A DNA stretch of 63,763 bases, filler included, from Sphacelaria rigidula (taxonomy: Eukaryota), in NCBI GenBank assembly GCA_964200075.2. It is 6 parts of 6 records of this genome, joined end to end, with 100 filler letters (N's around TTAATTAATTAA, not from the genome) between each part and the next. Parts side by side here need not be neighbours in the genome. Positions count along the whole stretch, not along the records: positions 10,647 to 21,191 come from CAXNAA020006303.1; positions 21,292 to 31,835 come from CAXNAA020006304.1; 4 more parts are not named here. One strand, written 5' to 3'. Positions 12,420 to 23,559 of the stretch are shown piece by piece. A program made the translations under genes and the position numbers. The notes beneath the pieces are model-generated. The model ran no database searches. It saw only the letters and a program-made list of their open reading frames with translations, and was not told where the DNA came from. Each line of letters opens with the position of its first letter. The stretch's first letter is position 1.

Positions 12420-13310
12420 TGTCCATGATCCAGATTTGCTACCGTGCTCAGTCCATGAGCTTACACAACGCACACAGCTATCACCGGTTCTCATGTACCT
12501 TGGCTGTCGATCCACTGATCGTGGCGGCGAAGCCGGAGAAACGCAACGTTGCGGTTGTCGTGTGCTCAACTGCCCTGCTATTTCTGGAGCCTGTTTCGTA
12601 CAACGGATCATGTCTGTGATGTTGAATCCGGGGTTGTCCGTGTTTCGGGAGATATCGGTCGCTACTGTTGGTCGAGTGTCCTTTGCTGTTTATGGACGGC
12701 TTTCCCAGGACGCGAGAGTCTATCATGTTGAATCCGTGGTCGTCGTTTACCGTGTTGTGGGGGATATCGGTCGCTACTGTTGGTTGATTGTTGTCTCACT
12801 TCTTCCGTTTCTCTTATATATCCACTACATTGCGAGTATTGCCTGCTTCGTTGTTGCCCACGTAGGAGGGTGAATGAATATTTTATGCTGTTTCAGTTGC
12901 TGTTTCTGGACCCTGTTCCGTACGATGGGCGTTTCTGCGGTGCAATAGTACTGTACTCATGGTTGCGAACACTCGTGTGTGTCCGTCGCAAATCTTTGTG
13001 TCCCCGGGTATCGGGTTCCTACTCGTTGCTGTGGGTGGAAAACGTACATGAGTGTCTTCGTATCTGTTCTTCGACGGTGGAGGTGGTCTTTCGCCCGTTC
13101 TACCGTATCGGTACAATCGTCAAAACATCATTAAGCCTCTTCTTCATACCCTGCCCCCGGTACACGGGTCTACATATGCACACAGCGCAATATACTGCAC
13201 TTGAAGCTATGATCTGTTCCGTCACCTAATGCGAGCACGATAACCGGTCCTCATGTACCTTGGCTGTCGATCCCATTGAGCGTGGCGGCGGAAGCCGCCG
13301 AGCCCCTCGT
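12420..13310 (+). mobile_element. Non-autonomous Helitron-like element with two successive 3'-end modules (about 12470-12540 and 13240-13310)
   Basis: Module ACCGGT.CTCATGTACCTTGGCTGTCGATCC..TGA.CGTGGCGGCG(G)AAGCCG occurs twice. The second forms a GGCGGC/GCCGCC hairpin followed about 10 nt later by CTCG|T. The 5' boundary is not determined. Confidence 0.5.
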
Positions 13311-13957
13311 ATACATATATATATATATATATACAAGGATTGGACGGGGCCGCCTTGACGGCGGCCCCGTCCTCAAGTAGAGGCGTCCCGACCTCAAGTA
13401 CAAGATGAGAAAACGCCATGAAAGAAGAGGTATACGCGTTGGTGTATGTAATGGTATCGGGGGATACCAAGAGGGTGAAGCTGTGGTGGTTGAGCGACAC
13501 GTACAGGGATGCCGCAACGCACGTTGTTGGTGAGGTAGGAGATGGTGATGAATATTACGTTCACCGGTCAGCGCGAGCGATGAAGAGGCATATAGGGGTG
13601 AGGGGTGAGCTTGGAAGACAAAAAAATGATGCGTAGAAAACATATTGTTTGCAGGACATAACATTAACCGCACGACACGCAGCATGATACGTGACTATGT
13701 GGCAAATAGCAGGCAGATCGTAAGCCCCGCCCAGCTGGACACGAAAGCAGAAAAGACAACTGCTTACTTTGAAGGTGAAGACGGCCTACACTTGCCAACA
13801 GCAAAAGTCGAGTTGCACACGGAGACACTACGAAGACGACCTCATGCCCGCAAAACTTGGATACCTCAAAACCCAGCGCTATGGTCGAAAAGTTCATGCC
13901 GACTCTCCATATCTACAGACTCCCCTACACAGAGGCGCGTATGCTGTACGCGCCGAA

Positions 13958-14700
13958 GCTAGGTTTTCCTTACACCCTTCCATTTGTCTAACCTTAAAAC
14001 GCGACGGTCAATCTAGGTTCGCCTTACACCCTTCCATTTGTCCAACCTTGAAACGGGAGGGTCAATCGGGTCAATGTACTTGGGCAACCTCCGGTAAAAA
14101 GTTTAATTCACCGATTCACCGATTAACCGACGCGCATTTGACCAAGGTGAACGCAAAGTTCAAACTTAGAAAACTTCACTGGTGATCGGAGTTCCAGCGC
14201 TAGTAGACAAAAGCCGACTCTATAACTCTGAGATTATTGGACTCTCTCACTCTGCAGAACACGTGTAGTGTACGCGCTCAAGCTAGCTTCGCCTTACACT
14301 TTTCCATGCCATATTTTGATGTTTGAAATATCAACCTAATTCACCGATTCACCGATTCACCGACGCGCATTTGACCAAGGTGAACGAAAAGTTCAAACTT
14401 AGAAATCCCCGATTCACCGATTAACCGACGCGCATTTGACCAAGGTGAACGCAAAAATCAAACGTAGAAATCTTCACTGGTGATCGGAGTTCCAGCGCTA
14501 GTAGACAAAAGCCGGCTCTATAACTCTGCAGATTATTGGACTCTCTCACTCTGCAGAGCACGTGTGCTGTACGCGCTCAAGCTAGCTTCGCCTTACACTC
14601 TTCCATGCCATATTTTGATGTTTGAAACAACCATTGCTGATGCCACATGTCAGATGTTTGAAATATCAACCATTGCTGATGCGACATGTCAGAGACTATG
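13958..14700 (+). repeat. Complex local direct duplications (unit of about 230 bp at 14110-14337 and 14408-14670, plus smaller subrepeats)
   Basis: CCGATTCACCGATTAACCGACGCGCATTTGACCAAGGTGAACG occurs three times with small variants; CTTCACTGGTGATCGGAGTTCCAGCGCTAGTAGACAAAAGCCG twice; CCTTACACCCTTCCATTTGTC twice; CAACCATTGCTGATGC.ACATGTCAGA twice. Confidence 0.9.
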
Positions 14701-17700
14701 GTGATGCCCTTCTACGATGGCCAAAGCGAACACATACTTTTGTTAGTGGTAACTATGCTTGTACACCGCATTTCGCGTGCCTGAACACCGTGCTGTGATG
14801 AAAAAACTTTGTAGAGCACCCCTAGCTTTTTCAAAACGTCCCAACTTGTAAGGTTACGTGGAGGTGAAGGGTTGCTTAAAGTGTGCTGTTTTCAGAGTAG
14901 TTCGAGTTGCCCCGCTTCGCCCTCTTGAGCCCGGTTCTCGTCAGTCGTGCGCCTAGAGCTCAGAACGTAATCCTAGGTACCCATATATGCAGAAATGATA
15001 TGGAGCTCATTGCGGTTCGCGGGAGTCAAGCTACCGCATCCATGCAGCGCTTATCCTCGTCCACGTGAAGCCGCGTTTCTACGGCATCTAGGCAGGACTA
15101 CTATGTGTCTGCAATAAAAGCACACATGTATGTCTATATCGCATGGTGGGGGGGGATGCCGTTTCAATCCTGCCTGCTTGAACTGAAGCTTGCGGTGCCT
15201 TGGATTAAAATCGGAGATATCCTACACCATGCTCTTGAATTTGTATGACAAAGCAGGCCACGCCCTATACACATTGCCACATAAATACGGCGGGATTCTA
15301 GATGTGATAGATGATCTTCCTTACGCCATGAACTAAATCTTGCTTTCACGCAGTGGGTACAGGAACGAAATGTGAAAGTTGACCGTGCGAGAAGCTGTGA
15401 CATGAGACATCTTGATGCTTGCTCTATACACCACATCACGGTTGACGCTGGGATAGAATGGTTCTCTACACCGCTTTGCTATATTCTTCCATGCAATACC
15501 TGCTGTAAGCCCGATTTCTGCTGTGCAATGCAGCTGAAAGGAGCGAGGCTATGCTGCATCACACATCAACCTTGCTGTTTACTGTATTCGCCACACGTGA
15601 GTTTACACTGCAACTCAAAATGAAGTGAAACTTATACCCGTTTCGCACGCTCCGTTTACCGACGCCAGCTGGGCTTGAAGTTTGAAGTTGTTCACCCCAA
15701 GCCTGCGCAATGATATCCCTGCAGCTCCGTCGTGAAACAACCGTTGCGATTGGTGGTGATGATGCTATAAAGGATGACTGTTTGTAAGCGACATACATCA
15801 TTGCTTGGATGCTACGTCTGTCACTCTCGATAACCACAGACGCACGGTAGAGAGCTATAGGTGCCCAAAGGTTGCCGGGGCGCGATCTTTTTCGTGCATT
15901 CAGGCACTTCAGCTGCGAATGACGTACTTTCACTCGAGGCGCGAATATCTGCGTGTTACAGTCACATGCAGAAACGGGATGGGGCATGCAAACCAGGTTG
16001 GATTCATCTATCATTTCAACCCCACTGCTTCAAGTTTAAGCTCTAGGCGTTGCCGCTGGACGGAGTAACGTTGGACTCGTTCACATCTGACGCCGCTGTC
16101 GCCATATGCTTCGATTTTTGCATAGTGATGCTTGGTTCAATGAAACTCCACTTCGGTAAGAATCGCTGGATCAAAAATCGCTAGTGTCTCCACAAATTGA
16201 GTTGCGATGTCACCCTGGGGTTTTACGACATGCAACCGTTTTATTTATTGTGATGCTGTTACAATATGGCTATACAGGATGACGGTACTGGCTGTTTACA
16301 GCCTGCACCATCTCCTCGATGAAATCGTTGACTCTGTACTCAGTCTAACAGTGCATGAGTAATGTGCTTTCACTGTGGAAACAAAACTGTTCCGAATCAC
16401 CATCGAATATCAAATGTCGGATTCTGCATGCGGAAGAACCTCTGCCGTGTACTGTTTATTCGAGTCTATATACTGTGGGGACACATGAGGTAGAGATGGT
16501 AGTGCTGCCTGAGTGAAACTACCGAACACGATATCAACCAGCATATGGGAGTTAACGAACTGCCTGCGGAAGAGATGCACAGGAGCTATCGAGATGTTGT
16601 CGGCTACAACTAGTACCGAGTACAGCATATACTTTTAGGAACGCGAACCACTTGCTAGGGTATCTCATGCATGACCACGGATGCAACGGTGAAAGTATGT
16701 CATTTTTACTCTATACTTCGCAAATCCACAAAGCTGCTTGTGTGATCGTAATGCCAAACTGGTTGTGCATACATGCTACAAGGCACGATACCATGTAAGC
16801 CGATTAGCTGTGAACGGAAATGGCGAGGCTTGAATGAACGAAACATGAGGTGTTTACCCCACCCCCTGGTCAGGCGGGGCAAATCGTTGATGCTCGAAAT
16901 GACTTTTTATCCTGGAGAATGGCTGTGATCTTTACGCGGTTCTCCCTGTTTAATCGTTTGCGCCCTTGGTAGATATCTTCAAAGAGTATATGCGAGCAAT
17001 TCATGCGTAAAACAAATGGAGAGTTAGGTGAAGTTGTTTCGATTCTAAGAGATCAAACCCAATCATGCACTTCTAGCTTACATTTCGGCTGTGAATACGT
17101 GGGTGGTTGTTTACAGGTCCACTGCTGAACATACCATTATTTGATTAATATTACCCCCAGCGGTGGATCACAGGACTGCATGAAGCCTGCAGCAGTTGCT
17201 CGTCGACAATTATTGTTGGTGCCCGCTTGCCAATTTCTATGTAGCTACTTATGAGTGTGATGATCAACCCAGATCCACAACGATTGAGCGGCTATATGAG
17301 TGAAGCTGCATGCTATAATGTGTTTGCATGAGACCACCAGACGGATGCTCGGTCAGTTCCCGTTGACTGTCTATACTCGTGCACGCTCTGACGATCCATT
17401 CGAAGATGACCGTCTACCTGTGCGCGCTATGACCGTCCTGGGGCGGGGCTACATTCTTCTGGTCTTAAGAGTCCAGGGGTTCCACATACCACACATTCCT
17501 TTGCCGAGATGTATATCGGAAATATTATGATGAAAGTTGTTGGCTTGAAATTAACGACTCGTGTGTTTCTCGCGGAGACGATGCAAGTTGCTAACATACA
17601 AGCCGGACATCGAATGGATGAACGAGAAGTTGTATGAACCATATATATATATATATTATATATATGCTTGCACTATACAGCGAACGAGCAGCATTTGATT

Positions 17701-17751
17701 GCATACGGGAAAATGGGCGAGGACGAAGGCTCAAGATGTCAAGACCATGTG

Positions 17752-18475
17752 TTTTCGAACAGGTTGACAGGGAGCCAGGATGTTCCCATGCGCGTGCGAA
17801 CAGGTTGACAGGGAGCCAGGATGTTCCCATATGTTTTCTTACGGTTGACAGGGAGCCAGGATGTTCCCATGTGTTTTCTTACGGTTGACAGGGGAGCCAG
17901 GACTTCCCATGCGTTTTCGAACAGGTTGACAGGGAGTCAGGAGTTTCCCATGCGCGTGCGAACAGGTTGACGAAGAGCCAGGATGTTCCCATGTGTTTTC
18001 TTACGGTTGACAGGGCATCCAGGATTTCCCATGCGTTTTTGAACAGGTTGACAGGGAGCCAGGAGTTTCCCTTGCGCGTGCGAACAGGTTGACGAAGAGC
18101 CAGGAGTTTCCCATGTGTTTTCTTACGGTTGACAGGGCATCCAGGATTTCCCATGCGTTTTCGAACAGGTTGACAGGGAGCCAGGACTTTCCCTTGCGCA
18201 TGCGAACAGGTTGACAGATATCCAGGAGTTTCCCATGTGTTTTCGAACAGGTCGACAGGGAGCCAGAATTTCCCATGCGCTTCGAACAGGTTGACAGGGA
18301 GCCAGGAACTCCCTTGCGCGTGCGAACAGGTTGACAGAGATCCAGGAGTTTCCCATGTGTTTTCGAACAGGTTGACAGGGATCCAGAATTTCCCATGTGA
18401 TTTCGAAGAGGTTGACAGGGGGCCAGGATGTTCCCATGTGTGTTCGAACAAGTTGACATGGAGCCAGAATTCCCT
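17752..18475 (+). repeat. Minisatellite, 39-41 bp unit, about 18 copies (consensus GAACAGGTTGACAGGGAGCCAGGA.TTTCCCATG.GTTTTC)
   Basis: The GGTTGAC core recurs at about 17762, 17803, 17843, 17883, 17924 and onward to 18451. Confidence 0.95.
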
Positions 18476-20647
18476 TGGGAGTCCATGAATTTATACCTGG
18501 CTGCCCCCGACACGTGATACCCTGGCCAAATGCACACGCGTGAACCTCTTTTGTCCTTGTTAAACAAATCTAGCGTAGTGATGTCAACGAGGTTGCAGTT
18601 CTTATTTTCATATGAAGGATCGCATCTCTCCGCCGCTGTTACGAATCTCGTCCTGCATCGTGGTACCTACCCGAAGGTGTTTGTCCGGTTATATTGCTGC
18701 TCCCTTCGTTCTCCTTCGCCTTTATTTATTTATTTTTGTTCGCTATCGTTATACTGGTGAAGCGCGAACGCCATTTTAGCCGAAGCGAGTAGGAACGATG
18801 CACAGCAGCTGTGGGTACAAGCTGAAGTTTGGCACCACAGCAAGAGTAGCCACCGCTCACCAGTAACGGTGTTACTGGGCACCAGGGCAGGGGGGGGGAG
18901 CTATGCATTGAAACTGTGGTGAAGGTTGTTGGTAACGTGGGGTAATATAGCAAATACGTTGCAACAACAGGGAGCAGGAGTTTTGACGTCCGCTAACCCT
19001 AGTAACAGTAAGATACCTGAGATGAAAATTCTAGGGTCAGCGGTAATTCCCATTCTTTTTCGCACAAAGGATAGGTCAATAAAGGTATGGGTCCAGGTGG
19101 TCCATGGATTACCATATGCATTTATTCCAGCAGCGAGTTTCTTCACGAAAAACAAGAGCACGTGATCTTTCGAACAGCGATCGAGATTGTGGCCAATAGC
19201 CCAGGCTTAGGCTACACAGCAAGGGTCATCATCCACGGATGCCCTTGTCCCCTGGTCATAATCCAGGATCCTACACATGCTACATCTACTACGCCTTGGT
19301 GTATTTTGGCTACAGCACCCCCAAAGCGAGTTCTAGAGAAACGAACGAGCTTGACAACCAACAAAAACCAAGGCAAATTCGCATGCTCCAAATCACAAAG
19401 AAATGCCATACTCCGACGCTAATTCACTTGTCAGCGCCCGAGTCAACCTCAGTTTTTGCGCAACAAATTCAGGCGCAAAAACATATCTTTCGAAGAGACT
19501 TCTACGTACTTTATTCAGCACCGAACCCATCTCAATCGACCAAAACAATAACATGACCATTGCTTCAGAACCATTCGACCAATGGGTATACGCAACATCA
19601 AATGGGTGTTGCACCTCCAGCGCTTCGCTCTGCTGCGCGATTCTTGTACTCGGTTCTCGAAGTGCGTGGCGGTCTCACTAACCCACACACGCCGCACCCC
19701 CAAAGTCTTGCACAATTGCAACAAATACTCAGCCGTAACCGCGGCAGTGTAACCCTCGGTTGGTTCTCACCAAACGAAATTTGACAAATCATCCGGGATA
19801 ACAAACAAACAGCAAACCATCAGGCAGTTAGTACCGCCAACTTCGCTACTTCCGATGTACAAAAATCAAGTTGAACAACCTCACCTGGCGCGATACCTTA
19901 AACAGTATCGCCAAAAACGTGCCACGGGCAAGGATCAGTTTTCATACGTGCATACTTTTTTTATCCTCAAACACACGAAAACTCGTGTGATCTCTGCTCA
20001 CAGACAACGAGCCAACGCATTTCGTAATTTCAGCTCATTTTCACGTCATCAGCTGCAGTCACCATCTCCTACAGTCAGTACGAGCCGACACATGTCGCTC
20101 ATTATTCAGCAGCATTTTATTAGCTGCCCCACCCTGACGGACATCAGACACCATGCACATCAGTAGCATTCGAGCGAAAATTCCACACATGCAAGCCAAG
20201 ATCCCACTCAGCATACGAAAATTCGTACATCCATGCCAATATTTGACTCAGGACCTGAAATGCAACCCGTGTTGCACAAACCATGCATCATGCATGCTAT
20301 TCAGAGCAGCACACACACGCATACCAAATTCCACGCGTACCCCGGCATTTTCCAGCGAACGCAACACGAGCACACCCGTTCTACTGCCATGCTTCATGCA
20401 CGAACAGCAACACAGATATGATCCAAAAAGCACACTATAACAACCTTTAATCGTCAGAAAACGATCCGGAAATATCAGCCATCTTGTGTTTTCTCATGCT
20501 CAACAAGTACCCTTACAAGTAGTTGCTCCTCAGCAATATCCAATCCGGACCTCACCACTATATCACTCATCTCAGGTGATCCCCACTTTGTAAGCTTCCA
20601 GTCCGCTCCTGCGAAGTAGTAGCACTGGAACCACCACCTTCTGCACA

Positions 20648-21191
20648 CTATAGAGCAACAATTCCTCTCGTACGGTAGCTCCTAGCAGCCACCTCTAGCA
20701 CCCCCATGGTGAATCTCAACATGCCACCAAACAGCATATCCTTACCGCCGAACCAATACAACAAATACTCTGCCTCCGCAGAAGCTTGCGCATCGACGAT
20801 TTCTCCTGTTTCAGACGCTTTTTTAGGCGAAACGAGAGGTGGAACGGGAACAATCATACAGTCCCGCATAGCAACAGCTCTCGAGGGCACCACACCATCC
20901 TCATTAAGCACCTGACCTGACATCATATGAGCAATATCACGCATCATTCGCTTACATTTACGATGGGACAACGGCGAATTGACCATCCGAAATCTACGAT
21001 CCATCAACGCCTTATTGAACGCTCTCACCGCACAATTCTTCACATGCCATCCCGTATCGCCGATCCATACCTCCGGCGACCCCATCGCTTTTGCTTTGAA
21101 CCATGTCAGAAAATGCTCCACCTTCTTCGCCTCCACACTAGACTTTGCGGGCTCCAACCACACGAAGTTGCTCACATCGTCTTTGATCGCC
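20648..21191 (-). pseudogene. Degenerate Ty3/Gypsy-type retrotransposon integrase core fragment, cut by the contig end
   Basis: AIKDDVSNFVWLEPA...LTWFKAKAMGSPEVWIGDTGWHVKN...RFRMVNSPLSHRKCKRMMR follows the rve pattern D..S.F..L / P....SD.G.HF.N / SP.SNG..ER. The catalytic Glu position reads K. Confidence 0.75.
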
Positions 21192-21291
21192 NNNNNNNNN
21201 NNNNNNNNNNNNNNNNNNNNNNNNNNNNNNNNNNNTTAATTAATTAANNNNNNNNNNNNNNNNNNNNNNNNNNNNNNNNNNNNNNNNNNNN
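21192..21291. other. Artificial contig linker
   Basis: 44 N + TTAATTAATTAA + 44 N. Confidence 0.98.
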
Positions 21292-23559
21292 CCAATTCGT
21301 TTCCGGTGATGAAATATTGCTCTGCCAGGTTAAATCCGTTTCTGGGTTGGCCCAGCTCGTAGGTCGCTAGTGTTTCGGATCTTCCGTGCAAGAGAGAAAT
21401 GCCACTTCAACCCCATATTTTGTATGAACCCCATATACAGGTGTGTTTCATGCATGACTTGGTTGAATGAGCAGTGTGCTGCTGCGTTGGCGGTGCGTTG
21501 TAGGTTAGTGTGGATTGGTTAGTGTGTTTTATCTGCATATAAGTGGCAACAGGGTTGGACAGGCGAGGTTAAATAAACCGACCGGACCAGGACGCACCTC
21601 AAACACAACGAAGTGTTGACAACACAACTATTTGGATCAAGTACAGTCCGTTGTAGAGCTCGAGGTGCAGAACGAACTCGGTGCAAATTTGCGCGTGCAA
21701 AAACTTGAACGAAGAGCTTGTCGCGAACAGAGCCAAGAGGGTGGTCTTTAGATACAAATGCTCGGGACCGTTCTCGGCATCCCCAACTCATTCAAGCCCA
21801 TTGAGCCCATGACAACGATCACGCGTATCCTCCGGCTACTTACCCCATCTGAACCACCAATTAGGTTGGGTGGCCGTTGCAGTGGTCGTTGCGGTCATGA
21901 ACGGAACTTGAGTTTGTCCCCCTACCTTGCCCTACATCGCCTCGACTTCACTACCTTCAGTCTCGGCCCACATCTGCTTCGTACTACACTGCCGACCTTT
22001 TTTCCCCCCCGAAGATGTGAGACCGCCAGACGAAATCTGCCCCGTTTCCGGCGGTTTAAACTTTCCGTTCTCGCCCGATTTCGCCGCATGCTTCAATCCA
22101 AGCTGGTTCGGGTGCTGACCACGTCAGGCTGGGTCATTGTTCAGTCACTCCAGCCTCGGCGGCGTAGTCCATTTTCTTCAAGGTTCCAAGAATAGATTGC
22201 ACATTGGATATCATGAGGTAATCAGCCAAGTTGTCCTTGAGCTATTTTTGTATAGGATTTAAAATGAAGACGGCAAGTATCACCTCTCCCCCCCCCACCC
22301 ACCCTCCCCCTAATCAGCCCCAAATGTAAAAGAGTGTGGGCCCAAGAACCATGTTTTGTGCGCCCTTGGTTTAGGTGACAAATAACGTGGATGAATACAT
22401 TTTGACCACCGGAAAAATTTAGTTTCATGTTACACAAGATGTTCATGTTCATGGCCAAACCCCTGTCCGCGCATTTCTTCGTGGGAGGTTTGATTCTTTC
22501 TAACTCCCCACGAAAGTGGAGCAATTCTCCTCCGTCCATTCCGGATTCGCGTTCGAAGCGATCGTGGCTAGACCTCCGTCATTCGTCCGCGATGACGTCA
22601 GTCGTCCTTCACAATGACACAATTTACGCGTCGCAGATACGAATATTCTCCCCGTGCGTCCGAGATGTACAGTGATTGACACAAATATCGAGATTATTTT
22701 CATTTTGCAGCTTCTCGACGATATTTACTGTTCGAAACATTCTCGGATGTTGTGTGTATGACACTCCAAAAAGGAAGATTCGAAAATGAAATATCAGTCA
22801 CTGAATGCGTCGATACATACGAGAGAGCATGGTAGTTTTCGACCGGTGTTCGGGACAAACTTCACAAATCGAACCCATGTTTTCAATAGTCATAACTGCA
22901 TAATGCATGTCTTGAGCTGCAGCTGTTCAAATTTCAACTAGAAGCATGTAAAATATAAACGCTAAATATTTTCCTGGAGGAGCTCAACGCTCACTCGCTC
23001 AAAATTGGAAGAAAGTACCGTTATGAACACACGAAATACGCATACGTCGACACCTGCATATATACTACACCACCGCTGGACGCGTGACCGGTCAATTCCT
23101 CTTCACGTCTTTGTATATTGAAGGACAACTAAATTCCCCTCGGAGCATTTGGCAGAGGACAACACCAAACTCGATCGATACCCCGCCGTGAACCGCATCT
23201 GGACAAAGCGTGAAAAGACGGGTTCTTAAAATTAGGGGGTTCAAAGTAGAACCATGTGAGTGTTGGGGACACTCCTCGAAACATCCCCAAGTGCTCCATG
23301 CCCTGAAACATGTCCCGAACGCATCGAAGAGGCATCGCATCGGAAACCACGAAATGAACAAAATCAATTTTCCGGTAGGACACGCACCCTTGTGTAAGGA
23401 GAGTAAGTCCTTCGAAATGATGGTCAACTTCGCCACGACGGGTCTCTCGAATCAATCGCCTCCACTTTCGATAGATCCCGGGCCATGCTTTTCCGGTCGC
23501 ATCATCCCCCTCAACACGCTACTTGGAACATGAGACTAACCCTCATCATCTAATGCTGC

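Noticed and set aside
16385..16420. IFDGD as an RNA polymerase DFDGD motif (viral relic)
   Set aside because: It lacks the first Asp and the NA context, and no other polymerase motifs are nearby.
17752..18475. CRISPR-like array, or a repeat protein from the 190-aa and 188-aa ORFs
   Set aside because: Units are contiguous with no unique spacers, there are no cas genes, and the context is eukaryotic. The unit length is not a constant multiple of 3, so the ORFs simply reflect a stop-poor repeat.
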